This document shows, in pieces, positions 39,821 through 49,411 of a stretch of 64,000 bases of DNA (positions within the stretch are counted from its first letter, which is position 1; every line of letters begins with the position of its first letter). Source of the stretch: an uncultured Nitrospiraceae bacterium (GTDB lineage Bacteria; Nitrospirota; Thermodesulfovibrionia; Thermodesulfovibrionales; UBA6898); the NCBI GenBank assembly GCA_963811165.1, contig CAWEQH010000001.1:448001-512000 (forward strand), read 5' to 3'. The notes below the pieces were generated by a model. That model saw nothing but the letters and a program-made list of their open reading frames with translations. It searched no databases and was not told where the DNA came from. Position numbers and translations under genes: made by a program.

Positions 39821-40108
39821 TCAGGACTTGGGAGGGCGTTCTATTTGGACAAAATACCAGGATGGGGAAAAATACATATTGTCGGGTTCTCTATATTCTG
39901 CAAACTGTAACGGACAGTCCGTGCAGGAAGATTCATACAGGCAAGGAATCTCCGGATTGGCTGATATGAAGGACCCCGAAGCATTGCAAACATCGAGCGA
40001 CGCAATGCACTTCACCTGATTGTGCGAGGCGATAGTAACATGGGCCGTAATCGGCGATAACATCGAAACAACCAGAGCCACGATTATCCACATGCCGCTT
40101 GATCGCAT
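39821..40108 (-). CDS. DUF2946/CruR/CutF-like Cys-rich exported leader protein
   Basis: Signal-like N-terminus, CTDC, C-terminal ERPPKS; first gene of the copper operon. Confidence 0.7.
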   Translation of the reverse strand: MRSSGMWIIVALVVSMLSPITAHVTIASHNQVKCIASLDVCNASGSFISANPEIPCLYESSCTDCPLQFAEYREPDNMYFSPSWYFVQIERPPKS

Positions 40109-40113
40109 ATTTT

Positions 40114-40141
40114 ATTATCCCCGGATATAAAACTATGTCAA
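40114..40141 (-). promoter_or_regulatory. sigma70-type promoter with an internal palindrome
   Basis: Bottom strand TTGACA-N16-GATAAT; TATCC-CC-GGATA at 40116-40127. Confidence 0.45.
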
Positions 40142-40303
40142 CGTCAAATTATATTTATGAGGTGTTCTTGCAGAGATAAGTCAATGGATCACCCAGAATT
40201 ACCTTATCCCCCCTCCGGCGGCAAGCGTGCAGGGGGCGGCTTCCGCGCCATTACGAAAAACGATCCTTGATTTTCATCCGGATTACCCATAAAATTAAAC
40301 GCC

Positions 40304-42172
40304 ATGGAAATCAAGATACTAAACGGCAAAACTATACCGGCCGGTGACGGCGAAAGCATCTATAAGGCCTTGAAGGACCACGGGGTCTATCTCGTTGCCT
40401 CGTGCGGAGGCAAGGGCGTCTGCGGGAAGTGCCGTGTGAAGGTACTGGAAGGCGAGACGAGGATCGAATCTGCGGGCAAACTTCTGAAAAAGGATATTGA
40501 GGAGAATATTGTCCTTGCATGCCAGGGCTTTCCCAAGGGTGATATCCTTATTGATATACCGGAGGATTCAAAGCTTATTATCGGTGACAAAATCGCGTTG
40601 TCGAAAACAAAGGATTTGCTGCAGTATCTTCGGACCGTCGAGCCGGCGGTTACTTCCGCCATACGCAGGGTTGTCCTGAACCTTACACCCCCTTCACTCC
40701 AGGACAATACCGGCGACCTCGAACGGCTGAAAAGGGCGCTCCACGAAAAAGGCATCTTTGACATGGAATTTTCCCACAGTTTTATCCTCTCGATGCCGAA
40801 TATTCTCAGGGAGGCTGAATGGGATGTCTGTCTTAGCTATACGGAAAAACACGAGGCAATAGGTCTTTCAGCGGTCTGTAAGACAAAACACTATGGGATT
40901 GCCGTGGATATAGGAACGACAACTGTGGTGCTGTATCTGGTGAACTGTTCGGACGGCACACTTGTTGATGCGGGTATGACCTTTAATTCGCAGATGCGCC
41001 ACGGCGACGACGTGATCACTCGGATTGTCTATGCAACAGAGGGAGGAGGCCTTCAGGAGCTGAGAGACACCATCGTGGATGATATAAATGGCCTCCTTGC
41101 CCCGATTGTAGAAAAAAATAATATCGACATTGAAGATATTGACTCTGCCGTCATTTCGGGGAATACGACAATGACACAGCTCTTCTGGGGGCTGGACCCC
41201 TCTTCGATCAGGGAAGAGCCCTACATCCCGACGGTCAATATCTATCCCGTGTGGAGGGCCGGGACGGCCCGCTTTAAAATAAACCCTCAGGGGCCGGTCT
41301 ATACCATGCCGAACGTGGGTAGTTATGTGGGAGGAGACATCGTGGCAGGGGTCCTGGCCTCCAAGATGCACAAGAATCCTGAAGTTGCCCTGTTCATGGA
41401 CATAGGAACAAACGGCGAAATCGCCGTCGGCAACAATGAGTGGATGATCACGGCCGCATGTTCTATGGGACCTTGCTTCGAGGGCAGCGGCATACGGCAC
41501 GGCATGAGGGCGACGGAGGGTGCGATTGAGTCGGTGAAGATAGACCTTTCGAGTTTCGAGCCGGCCCTCGGCGTCATCGGCGGGGTCTCACCTTCGGGCA
41601 TCTGCGGTTCCGGAATGATTGACGCCATCTCCGAACTTTTTTTTGCCGGGGTGATAGACCAGAAGGGCAAACTTGTTAAAGACCTTGATACGGACAGAAT
41701 CAGGACGGGTGAGGAAGGGCCGGAATTTGTCCTCCACCGCGGTGACCGTAAGGACATCGTTCTTACCGAGGTCGACATCGAAAACGTTATCCGCGCAAAG
41801 GCCGCCCTTTATGCAGGTGTGTCTGTGCTCCTGAAGGAGGTCGGGCTTTCTTTGGACATCGTCGAGAGAATATATATCGCCGGGGGCTTCGGCAATTATC
41901 TCGACGTCAACAAGGCGATCATGATCGGCATGCTGCCCGACATCCCGCTTGAGAAGTTTTCATTTATAGGGAATACCTCGATCGCCGGCGCATACCTCTG
42001 TCTGCTATCCGAAAAGATGCGGACCGAGGCCCAGGAGACCGCGAAAAAGATGACGTATGTAGAGCTCTCTGCCTCGAGGGGGTTCATGGACGAATACATG
42101 TCTGCCCTTTTCCTTCCCCATACCAATATCGAACTCTTCCCCACTGTCAGGGACCTGTATAAGAAGAAATAA
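40304..42172 (+). CDS. ASKHA/DUF4445 reductive activator of corrinoid proteins (RACo/AcsV-like) with [2Fe-2S] domain
   Basis: CGGKGVCGKC...LAC, DIGTTT, DIGTNGE, GICGSG, AGGFG. Confidence 0.9.
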   Translation: MEIKILNGKTIPAGDGESIYKALKDHGVYLVASCGGKGVCGKCRVKVLEGETRIESAGKLLKKDIEENIVLACQGFPKGDILIDIPEDSKLIIGDKIALSKTKDLLQYLRTVEPAVTSAIRRVVLNLTPPSLQDNTGDLERLKRALHEKGIFDMEFSHSFILSMPNILREAEWDVCLSYTEKHEAIGLSAVCKTKHYGIAVDIGTTTVVLYLVNCSDGTLVDAGMTFNSQMRHGDDVITRIVYATEGGGLQELRDTIVDDINGLLAPIVEKNNIDIEDIDSAVISGNTTMTQLFWGLDPSSIREEPYIPTVNIYPVWRAGTARFKINPQGPVYTMPNVGSYVGGDIVAGVLASKMHKNPEVALFMDIGTNGEIAVGNNEWMITAACSMGPCFEGSGIRHGMRATEGAIESVKIDLSSFEPALGVIGGVSPSGICGSGMIDAISELFFAGVIDQKGKLVKDLDTDRIRTGEEGPEFVLHRGDRKDIVLTEVDIENVIRAKAALYAGVSVLLKEVGLSLDIVERIYIAGGFGNYLDVNKAIMIGMLPDIPLEKFSFIGNTSIAGAYLCLLSEKMRTEAQETAKKMTYVELSASRGFMDEYMSALFLPHTNIELFPTVRDLYKKK

Positions 42173-43021
42173 TCACAGGTTGACCAGCACGTTGTCTATC
42201 AGGCGGACATCCCCCATCCTGACCGCCACTGCAAGAAGGAGCTCTTTCCTGACCTCATCGGTTTCATCCAATGTTTCGGCGTCGTACACAGATGCATATT
42301 CTATTTTTGTGACGAGTCTCTCTCCGGCGAGCATCTCGCGCATGAGTTCCCTGGTCTTTGCCGGGGTATGAGTTCCCGACCGCAGAGCTTCAGATGCATT
42401 GCTGAGGCACCGGTGTAATACGGTCGCAGCGTGCCGCTGTTGACTGTCGAGGAAAAGGTTCCGGGAACTCATTGCAAGCCCGTCCTGCTCCCGGATGGTC
42501 GGGCAGACGACTATCTCAACGTCGAGGTCAAGGTCTTTTACCATCCTTCTTATGACGGCGGTCTGCTGAAAGTCTTTCTGTCCGAAATAGGCCCTCGTGG
42601 GGTCTGTAATATTGAGAAGTTTCGCAACGACCGTCGTAACGCCCCTGAAATGTCCGGGCCTGAAGGCCCCGCACAGTTTCCCGGATATATTTTCAACCTC
42701 GACATAGGTAGCGAAATTTTTAGGGTACATCAGAGCGCTATCAGGCAGGAATAGGATATCGACTTCCTGCTCGCGGAGTTTCCTGATGTCGTTTTCGGTG
42801 TCTCTTGGATATCTATCAAGGTCTTCGGAAGGGCCGAACTGTGTCGGGTTAAGAAAAATGCTCACTGCCGAGATGTCATTTTCCGTCCTGGCCCTTTTTA
42901 TCAGGCTTATATGTCCTTCATGAAGGGCGCCCATTGTTGGGACCAGTCCCAACGATCTTCCTTTTAATAAATATTTCTTGCAGGTGTCTTGCATGATGCG
43001 CGGTATCCTAATGATCTCCAT
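42173..43021 (-). CDS. panC: Pantoate--beta-alanine ligase
   Basis: VPTMGALHEGH, RPGHF.GV, FGQKD, AMSSRN, RLIDN. Confidence 0.96.
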   Translation of the reverse strand: MEIIRIPRIMQDTCKKYLLKGRSLGLVPTMGALHEGHISLIKRARTENDISAVSIFLNPTQFGPSEDLDRYPRDTENDIRKLREQEVDILFLPDSALMYPKNFATYVEVENISGKLCGAFRPGHFRGVTTVVAKLLNITDPTRAYFGQKDFQQTAVIRRMVKDLDLDVEIVVCPTIREQDGLAMSSRNLFLDSQQRHAATVLHRCLSNASEALRSGTHTPAKTRELMREMLAGERLVTKIEYASVYDAETLDETDEVRKELLLAVAVRMGDVRLIDNVLVNL

Positions 43022-43164
43022 ATCTCATCCTTTCGCGGTTATTTTATCATAACGAAAAGGTCGGCTGATATTTTGATTCTGGATTTAGATTGACGGGGCT
43101 CCGATTCCATGATAAAAAAATATATATCAACCGGCGACGTGCAAACTGGCCCCGAGGTGGTGCA

Positions 43165-43323
43165 ATGAAATACTATTTCAGCAAAACGCTTACGATGTCG
43201 TTCGAAGAGGGAGTGGATAAGGTCACGGGAGAACTGAAGAAAGAAGGCTTCGGGATTATCACCGAAATTGACGTGAAGGAGACATTAAAAAAAAGCTGGG
43301 AGGTGCATGATGCCTGTACGTGA
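43165..43323 (+). pseudogene. Truncated DUF302 family gene
   Basis: MKYYFSK...LKKEGFGIITEIDVKETLKK is a DUF302 N-terminus; the ILGACNP half is missing. Confidence 0.65.
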
Positions 43324-43738
43324 AGCAGAAGCGGTTTGGGATGGGAATTTGCTTAAGGGAAAAGGGAAGATGAAATTCGGAAGCGGGGCCTTTGAAGGGG
43401 CCTATTCCTTTTCTTCAAGGTTCGAGTCCGGCCAGGGCACAAATCCGGAGGAACTGATAGGTGCGGCGCATGCCGGATGTTTTTCGATGGCCCTATCCCT
43501 TTTTCTCGAGAAGGCGGGTTTTGTCCCGGAACACATTCGCACAAGGGCAAGGGTGCATATAGACAAGGCAGGGGACGGGTTTAAGATAACCGTTATCGAA
43601 CTTGATACGGAGGCGAAGGTGTCGGGGATCGATGAGAAAAAATTCCTGGAACTTGCCGATGCGACCAAGAAGGGCTGTCCGGTCTCGGTAGCACTAAGCG
43701 GCGCCGAAATAAGGTTGAAGGCCAAGCTGATAAGTTAA
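43307..43738 (+). CDS. osmC: OsmC family peroxiredoxin
   Basis: TNPEELIGAAHAGCFSMAL, CPVS. Confidence 0.92.
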   Translation: MMPVREAEAVWDGNLLKGKGKMKFGSGAFEGAYSFSSRFESGQGTNPEELIGAAHAGCFSMALSLFLEKAGFVPEHIRTRARVHIDKAGDGFKITVIELDTEAKVSGIDEKKFLELADATKKGCPVSVALSGAEIRLKAKLIS

Positions 43739-43789
43739 TAGAATACACTAATTAGTTTCTGTTCTTAAACTTTATATTGCAAAAAATGC

Positions 43790-43928
43790 TGTCATTCCCG
43801 CAATCCCGAATGTTTTCGGGAGGTCGGGAATCCTTCAACCCCCTCTATCCCCCTTATCAGGGGGACGAGAGTAATTCCCTCCCCTGAAAAGGGGAGGCTG
43901 GGAGGGGTTGCCGGACAAGACATAATGA
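43790..43928. repeat. Composite (nested) REP-like palindromic element
   Basis: GTCATTCCCGC..GTCGGGAATCC..CCGGACAAG frame containing TCCCGAA..TTCGGGA and a CAACCCC...GGGGTTG double-hairpin unit. Confidence 0.7.
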
Positions 43929-43977
43929 TAGATGAGCAAAGTATGCTAAAGAACTGTTTGCCATCAAAGGAAAACGA

Positions 43978-44880
43978 TCAGGAGGTACCGGGTTTGGCCG
44001 GCACCTCGCTTTTTGCGCAGGGCTTCCCGATAAGGACGGATGATTCCGAATGGCCTAATAGTCTTCTGGAGACGCTGCCCATCATCCCCTTGATCCCCCT
44101 TAAGCCTCTGCAGCCTACTGCGGTCATGTCGGGTTCGAGGGTCTTTTCCATCATCAGTATTTCCCTCGATGGATCTCCGATCCTCAGCAGATAGTCGATC
44201 TTCTCGAACCTGCCGCCCAGATACATCTTTGCCTGTTCGAATATCTTTTCCGATTCATGGTAGGTGGAGGGCCTTCCTGCTAGCTGTTCCCCCGTCTCCT
44301 TCAGGTACTTTTCCGGGATATCCGAGATGAAAGCAGAAGAGGCGTGCATGACAGTAATCTCTGTTTCGGGCGACAGCGGCAGTGCCGCCATAAATTTTCC
44401 CGCCTCCCCGGCGATCTCCGAGCCGTCTGTTGCGAAAAGGACTTTCATTGGCCCCAATGCCTTCCAGGAGGGCCGCTTGAAGACGAGGACCGGCTTGGGC
44501 GAATTAATTGTCACCGCTCTTGTTGCGCTCCCCAAAAAAAGCAATTCGACCCCTTTTACTCCCCTTGCGCCCATTACGATAAGATCGCTTTCGTAAGCGA
44601 TCGCCTTTTCTATAATAGTGGTATCGGGATAACCGCCTTCCTCAACCGTCGTTATCTCAGCCGCGACGGACTTTAATATGTCGGCAGATGTCTTAAGTAT
44701 CTTTGGCGCTACACGTTTGATCATGAGCTTGATCTGAGCATGATAGTCGTCGTCGTAAGGGACTTCGCTTATTACGTGAAGGACTACGATCTCGTCCGTC
44801 TTTGAGAAGTCAAAACGGGACAAAAATCTCGCCGCCCCTTCCGAGTGTTCGGACCCATCGGTAGCAAGTAATACCTTCAT
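43978..44880 (-). CDS. Tandem-domain universal stress protein
   Basis: Two ATDGS-starting USP domains; G.RG...LGS / MGSVS motifs. Confidence 0.9.
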   Translation of the reverse strand: MKVLLATDGSEHSEGAARFLSRFDFSKTDEIVVLHVISEVPYDDDYHAQIKLMIKRVAPKILKTSADILKSVAAEITTVEEGGYPDTTIIEKAIAYESDLIVMGARGVKGVELLFLGSATRAVTINSPKPVLVFKRPSWKALGPMKVLFATDGSEIAGEAGKFMAALPLSPETEITVMHASSAFISDIPEKYLKETGEQLAGRPSTYHESEKIFEQAKMYLGGRFEKIDYLLRIGDPSREILMMEKTLEPDMTAVGCRGLRGIKGMMGSVSRRLLGHSESSVLIGKPCAKSEVPAKPGTS

Positions 44881-45022
44881 GTCATCACCCCTTGGCCCCA
44901 TCTTATCACGGAATCTGTAAGAGGTATATGAGTGAGTATGCGGGTGAGGAAGTAAGTTTCGGAAAGACACCTGCATGACGCCTCTACACATCCTGTGAGG
45001 GCGTTGAGGCGGCCCGGTCCCG

Positions 45023-46087
45023 TCAATTTTTGTCTTGTTCTCTTATTTCTTCCATCAGCGCCTTAAGAAGTTCCTTCTCCTTGAGCCTCTTTACGATCTT
45101 GCCCTTCCGAAAGAGCAGTCCCGTTCCTTTTCCGCCGGCAATCCCGACATCGGCCTCTCTTGCCTCGCCGGGGCCGTTTACAATACAGCCCATCACCGCC
45201 ACCGTTATCGGCTTTTTAATATCCCTAAGCAGGGTTTCGACTTCACCCGCAAGCCCCCGGATGTCGACCTCGCACCTGCCGCAGGTCGGGCAGGAGACGA
45301 TGTTTGCCCCCCTTTCCCTAAGGCCCAGCGATTTGAGAATTTCATAGGCTACCCGCACTTCCTCCGCGGGGTCCGAAGAAAGTGAGACCCGAACAGTATC
45401 GCCGATGCCTTCCGAAAGAAGGATGCCGAGACCTACTGAACTCTTGATTATCCCGGTGAACGAAGGGCCCGCCTCCGATATCCCGATGTGAAGGGGATAT
45501 CGAAACTTTTTGGAAAACAGCCGGTATGCCTCCACCGTGGTAGGAACATTTGACGCCTTAAGAGAAACTTTTATGTTCCTGAAATTTGCCGCCTCCAGTA
45601 TCTCTATATGTTCCGCAGCGCTTTCAACGAGCGCCTCAGGGGACGGATGAGTGAATTTTGCCAGCAGTTTCTTCGAGAGGGAGCCTGCATTGACCCCGAT
45701 CCTTATAGGGATGCCTCTGTCGTTGGCTGCTGAAACGACTTCTTCGACTTTCCATCTCGCTCCGATATTGCCGGGATTGATCCTGAGACCGTCAACTCCC
45801 TGGCGAACGGCTTCCAGGGCCAGTCTCCAGTCAAAATGAATATCGGCAATGATCGGGATGGTGACGCGGGCCTTTATTTTCCCCAGGGCCTTTGCCGCGT
45901 CGATGTCGGGCACCGCAATCCTTATGATTTCGCATCCCGCTTCTTCCAGGATACAGATCTGTCTGACCGTTGATTTTACATTCCTCGTGTTCGTCTTTGT
46001 CATCGACTGGACAGAGATCGGGAATCCGCCCCCGACCGCCACCGTGCCGACATGAATGACTTTTGTTTTTTTTCTTTTCTTTATCAC
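45023..46087 (-). CDS. ispG: (E)-4-hydroxy-3-methylbut-2-enyl-diphosphate synthase
   Basis: VQSMT, ADIHF, RINPGN, SCPTCGR, MGCIVNGPGE. Confidence 0.96.
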   Translation of the reverse strand: MIKKRKKTKVIHVGTVAVGGGFPISVQSMTKTNTRNVKSTVRQICILEEAGCEIIRIAVPDIDAAKALGKIKARVTIPIIADIHFDWRLALEAVRQGVDGLRINPGNIGARWKVEEVVSAANDRGIPIRIGVNAGSLSKKLLAKFTHPSPEALVESAAEHIEILEAANFRNIKVSLKASNVPTTVEAYRLFSKKFRYPLHIGISEAGPSFTGIIKSSVGLGILLSEGIGDTVRVSLSSDPAEEVRVAYEILKSLGLRERGANIVSCPTCGRCEVDIRGLAGEVETLLRDIKKPITVAVMGCIVNGPGEAREADVGIAGGKGTGLLFRKGKIVKRLKEKELLKALMEEIREQDKN

Positions 46088-46142
46088 GTCTTTGTCCTTA
46101 TGTATTTTTTCTCTTGCTCATTAAGATTTCAACTTTTTGATG

Positions 46143-47147
46143 CTATCCTTCCGCATTCAGTTTCTTTTTGTCTCTGTATGCCTTTACCGCCTCCGTGTGC
46201 TGGCCGAGCGTCACGGAAAAAATGTGGGTGCCGTCGTTGTTGGATACAAAATATAAGTAGGGAACATTTGCCGGATTCAGGGCCGCGATAATCGATTTCA
46301 GGCCGGGGGAGGCGATCGGCCCAGGCGGCAACCCGTTTATCACATAAGTATTGTAAGGGGTTTTCCTTTGGAGGTCCGCCTTCGTAATTTTTTCTTTCGA
46401 ACTCTTTATCCCATATATGCTTGTGGGATCCGCCTGTAGCAGCATCTGCTTATGAAGCCTGTTATGGTATACGGCCGAGATCAAAGGCCTTTCACTGTCC
46501 ACTACCGCTTCTTTTTCTATGATCGAGGCAAGGGTCAATACCTCTGTTTCGGTCATGCCCATCTTTTCAGCCTCCGCACTCAGTTTCCCTGAATATTTCT
46601 CCCGCATCCTGTCTATCATGATCCCGATGGCGTCTTTTGCCTTCACCCCTTTGGCGATCATGTAGGTGTCTGGAAATATAAAGCCTTCAATGCTCGGGGC
46701 CTCTATTTTGTAAGAAGACAGAAACTCCCGGTCCTTTGATATCGTCATCACTTCATCGTAGGTTGCGACCCCTGCTTTTGAAAAAGCAGCCGCAATCTCA
46801 GGCAGGGAGTCGCCTTCAAGGACCTTGACCTCGTATTCGATTATCCGTCCCTTGCGGATGATCTTGAAGATATCCCATGGGCTCATGTTTGACCATATCG
46901 AATAAAAGCCGGCCCGGATCTTTCTGTCCGCACCCGTCAGTCTGCCAAGCAGGAGGAATATCTTTTTGTCCCTGATCAGTTTCTGATCTGAAAGGATGTC
47001 GACTGCCTGTCTGAACGTCGCGCCCTTTGGGATCTCGATTTCCGTGTTCTTAGTTGCATTCTGGGCAGGAACGAACATCTCGAAAGCCGCATAGAGAAGG
47101 GTCATAAAAATAATGGCCGTGAAGATGATAACAACGTTTTTCTTCAT
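46143..47147 (-). CDS. mltG: Endolytic transglycosylase MltG (YceG)
   Basis: EGFIFPDTY, LASIIEKE, LQADPT, YNTY..GLPPGPI. Confidence 0.93.
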   Translation of the reverse strand: MKKNVVIIFTAIIFMTLLYAAFEMFVPAQNATKNTEIEIPKGATFRQAVDILSDQKLIRDKKIFLLLGRLTGADRKIRAGFYSIWSNMSPWDIFKIIRKGRIIEYEVKVLEGDSLPEIAAAFSKAGVATYDEVMTISKDREFLSSYKIEAPSIEGFIFPDTYMIAKGVKAKDAIGIMIDRMREKYSGKLSAEAEKMGMTETEVLTLASIIEKEAVVDSERPLISAVYHNRLHKQMLLQADPTSIYGIKSSKEKITKADLQRKTPYNTYVINGLPPGPIASPGLKSIIAALNPANVPYLYFVSNNDGTHIFSVTLGQHTEAVKAYRDKKKLNAEG

Positions 47148-47213
47148 ATGAGTAGCATGACAAAAGAGACCAAAAAATTGCAAAGGAAGACAGCGGAATC
47201 CCTCATCTATAAT

Positions 47214-47472
47214 CAGAATCTCTTTGGCTCAGAGCCCAGCCTATTGCTAAATATCACGGCTGATGGCGTAGATTTGCGAGAGGTTGCAATGATAGCTGAG
47301 AAATCAAGATCCATCGTTAGTATTGTTCTCTGTTCACTTTCAGCAATATCAACAATCTCTCTGTCTTTTGCCTTAGATAATCCTCTTTCACTTATTCGGT
47401 AAACGTCATGCCCCAGGGGCGAAGATGCGAGAATGTCTTAGGCGAAATCGGCATATCCGCCAGGAACTTCAT
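47214..47472 (-). pseudogene. DUF5615 (PIN-like, VapC45-type) toxin gene, frameshifted and truncated
   Basis: MKFLADMPISP, then after a frame change LGHDV...D.EI....E.RTILTMDLDF; early stop; ATGA overlap with the DUF433 gene. Confidence 0.7.
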
Positions 47473-47708
47473 TTATGGCTACCGGATATAGCCACATTTT
47501 TTTCGCTTGCAAGCCATGCGGCATACTCAATGCATTGCCTGATGTCTGCCTCCTCTATTTCGGGGTAATCGGCGATAATTTCCGCATGAGTTTTGCCCGC
47601 CGCAAGAAGCTTAAGGATAAGGGTTACCGGTATTCTCATCCCCCTTACGCACGGCTGCCCTTGAAATACTTCAGGGTCGATTGATATACGGTCCAAGGTT
47701 TTAAACAT
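47469..47708 (-). CDS. DUF433 family antitoxin-like protein
   Basis: RISIDPEV..GQPCVRGMRIPV...IIADYP.IEEADI. Confidence 0.9.
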   Translation of the reverse strand: MFKTLDRISIDPEVFQGQPCVRGMRIPVTLILKLLAAGKTHAEIIADYPEIEEADIRQCIEYAAWLASEKNVAISGSHK

Positions 47709-48229
47709 TTCTGCCTCCTTACTGCTATTTTAACAGCATCGCTCTATAAGTTTCCCGGCACTGGTATCAGCAGACTGTGGTGGGCGAAGTCAAAGTATAT
47801 CCTCTGCCCGGTTCGCCCGCCGATAACTCCGGGACTTCCCCGTTAGATACTTAAGGCCTGCATTGTATAGTTACAGTTACCCTCTTCAAACTTCCCAAAT
47901 ACAAAGATGCAAGGCCTGACCCCGCCATAACATGCTATCAACGGCATCCGAAAAAACGACGGAAAATTTGAGGTAGGATTTTGTACGGGTTCCACCGACT
48001 CAACACTGGCATTATTTTGACAGGGTAATAGTTATCATTCGGAACCTATCGTCCGCCCGATTGCGGCTGTTTGCGGAGTACATGTCGTTATCCCCAAATT
48101 TCTGAATGAGAAGAGAGACCCATTCGGCCGGAGCAATTTGCCCCCGTGTAGTTATGCCGCTCACAGGCGGGCTCAATAGCACCTATCCTCTCTTTAAATT
48201 CGTTAGAGTTCTATTTTCCGGTTGCTTAT

Positions 48230-49237
48230 TTACGGATAATAAATAAAAAACCAATTACAAGTGATATGCGAGTCTCCGTTTGCGATGCTGGTATATATCG
48301 TTGATTCGTTACCAACGAGAGTTTCGGGATCGAGTCTTGTAAATTTATTCTGAGAGATCCGGAGCCATGGAACCACTTGGCCGGCGGGCATATCAATTGT
48401 AAGGGGGGGCTTACCTGGTGCTATCATTTTATAATCCGGCAAAGGCAGATTTCCTTCGCCCCAGTAATACCCCGGGCCCTCGTCAGAAACAACCAGCTGG
48501 TTCGGTTGCGAATAGGGTGGGGCCATCTCCATGTATGTATTCCCGGCTTCAGTGAGTCTCACGCCCGCGGAGTCGATTAATACGGTCACCCAATAGGTAA
48601 GGATGCCATCCCAGAGCTGGTAGACACCAGGAGGGTCAGAGGTATCATTATATCTGCCGAAAGTCGCCCCACCTGTCATGTCCCATACTGTCAGTTGAGT
48701 TGCACCCCCCAGAGAGGCTGTCATCTCAACATGGCAATGTGAAGTGCCCTTCCAGACGTCTTTCATCGGCAATAGTTCGACCAGTTCCACATCATAGGCG
48801 GATTCAGTTGCCGCGACGGTTCTCCCCGGGCCGTTGTCGGCAGCAGTTGACGTGGAGCTGACTTGCCGGGTCGAAACCAACTGGAGAGTTACGGAATAGA
48901 TGTTCGAGCCCCAGAGCAGGGATGGAATACTCAGTACGGTCGAGGCATCACTCATTACCAGTACTGACTCCACAGCGCACGCCTGTGATGTCGGGTGTAT
49001 GCCCGCGAGCGTAAATGATGCGGTCTTACCCGAAAGATTCAGACTAAGCAACCGAAGATCTAGGGCATAAAGGCTGTCACGAAATCTTACGACCGGAATA
49101 TGGGCGACCATGTCAGACGATACGGTCGCATTGCACGCCGGGTCGACTGCTGCATGTGCGCTAAAAGGTAGGCCGCAACAGAATGCAATAATCAGGAAAT
49201 AAAGAATTGTGAGAACTCTGCTCTTTTTTGCTTTCAC
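48230..49237 (-). CDS. Secreted hypothetical protein
   Basis: GTG start with AAGGAG RBS; signal peptide ending SAHA; beta-rich sequence. Confidence 0.7.
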   Translation of the reverse strand: MKAKKSRVLTILYFLIIAFCCGLPFSAHAAVDPACNATVSSDMVAHIPVVRFRDSLYALDLRLLSLNLSGKTASFTLAGIHPTSQACAVESVLVMSDASTVLSIPSLLWGSNIYSVTLQLVSTRQVSSTSTAADNGPGRTVAATESAYDVELVELLPMKDVWKGTSHCHVEMTASLGGATQLTVWDMTGGATFGRYNDTSDPPGVYQLWDGILTYWVTVLIDSAGVRLTEAGNTYMEMAPPYSQPNQLVVSDEGPGYYWGEGNLPLPDYKMIAPGKPPLTIDMPAGQVVPWLRISQNKFTRLDPETLVGNESTIYTSIANGDSHITCNWFFIYYP

Positions 49238-49411
49238 TTATTTCTCCTTTGTAAGGAACATTAAGAAAAGAGACGATGGTCCCGCGGATGATCCTTTGAC
49301 ATGCTTGTCACACGGCGTGACCTCCCCAGAAATCTTCACAACTCTGTCTATACTATGTATGCTAATAACTTGCGCCTTGCCTTTATTTATCACAAGGGGA
49401 GTCTTAAAGTC

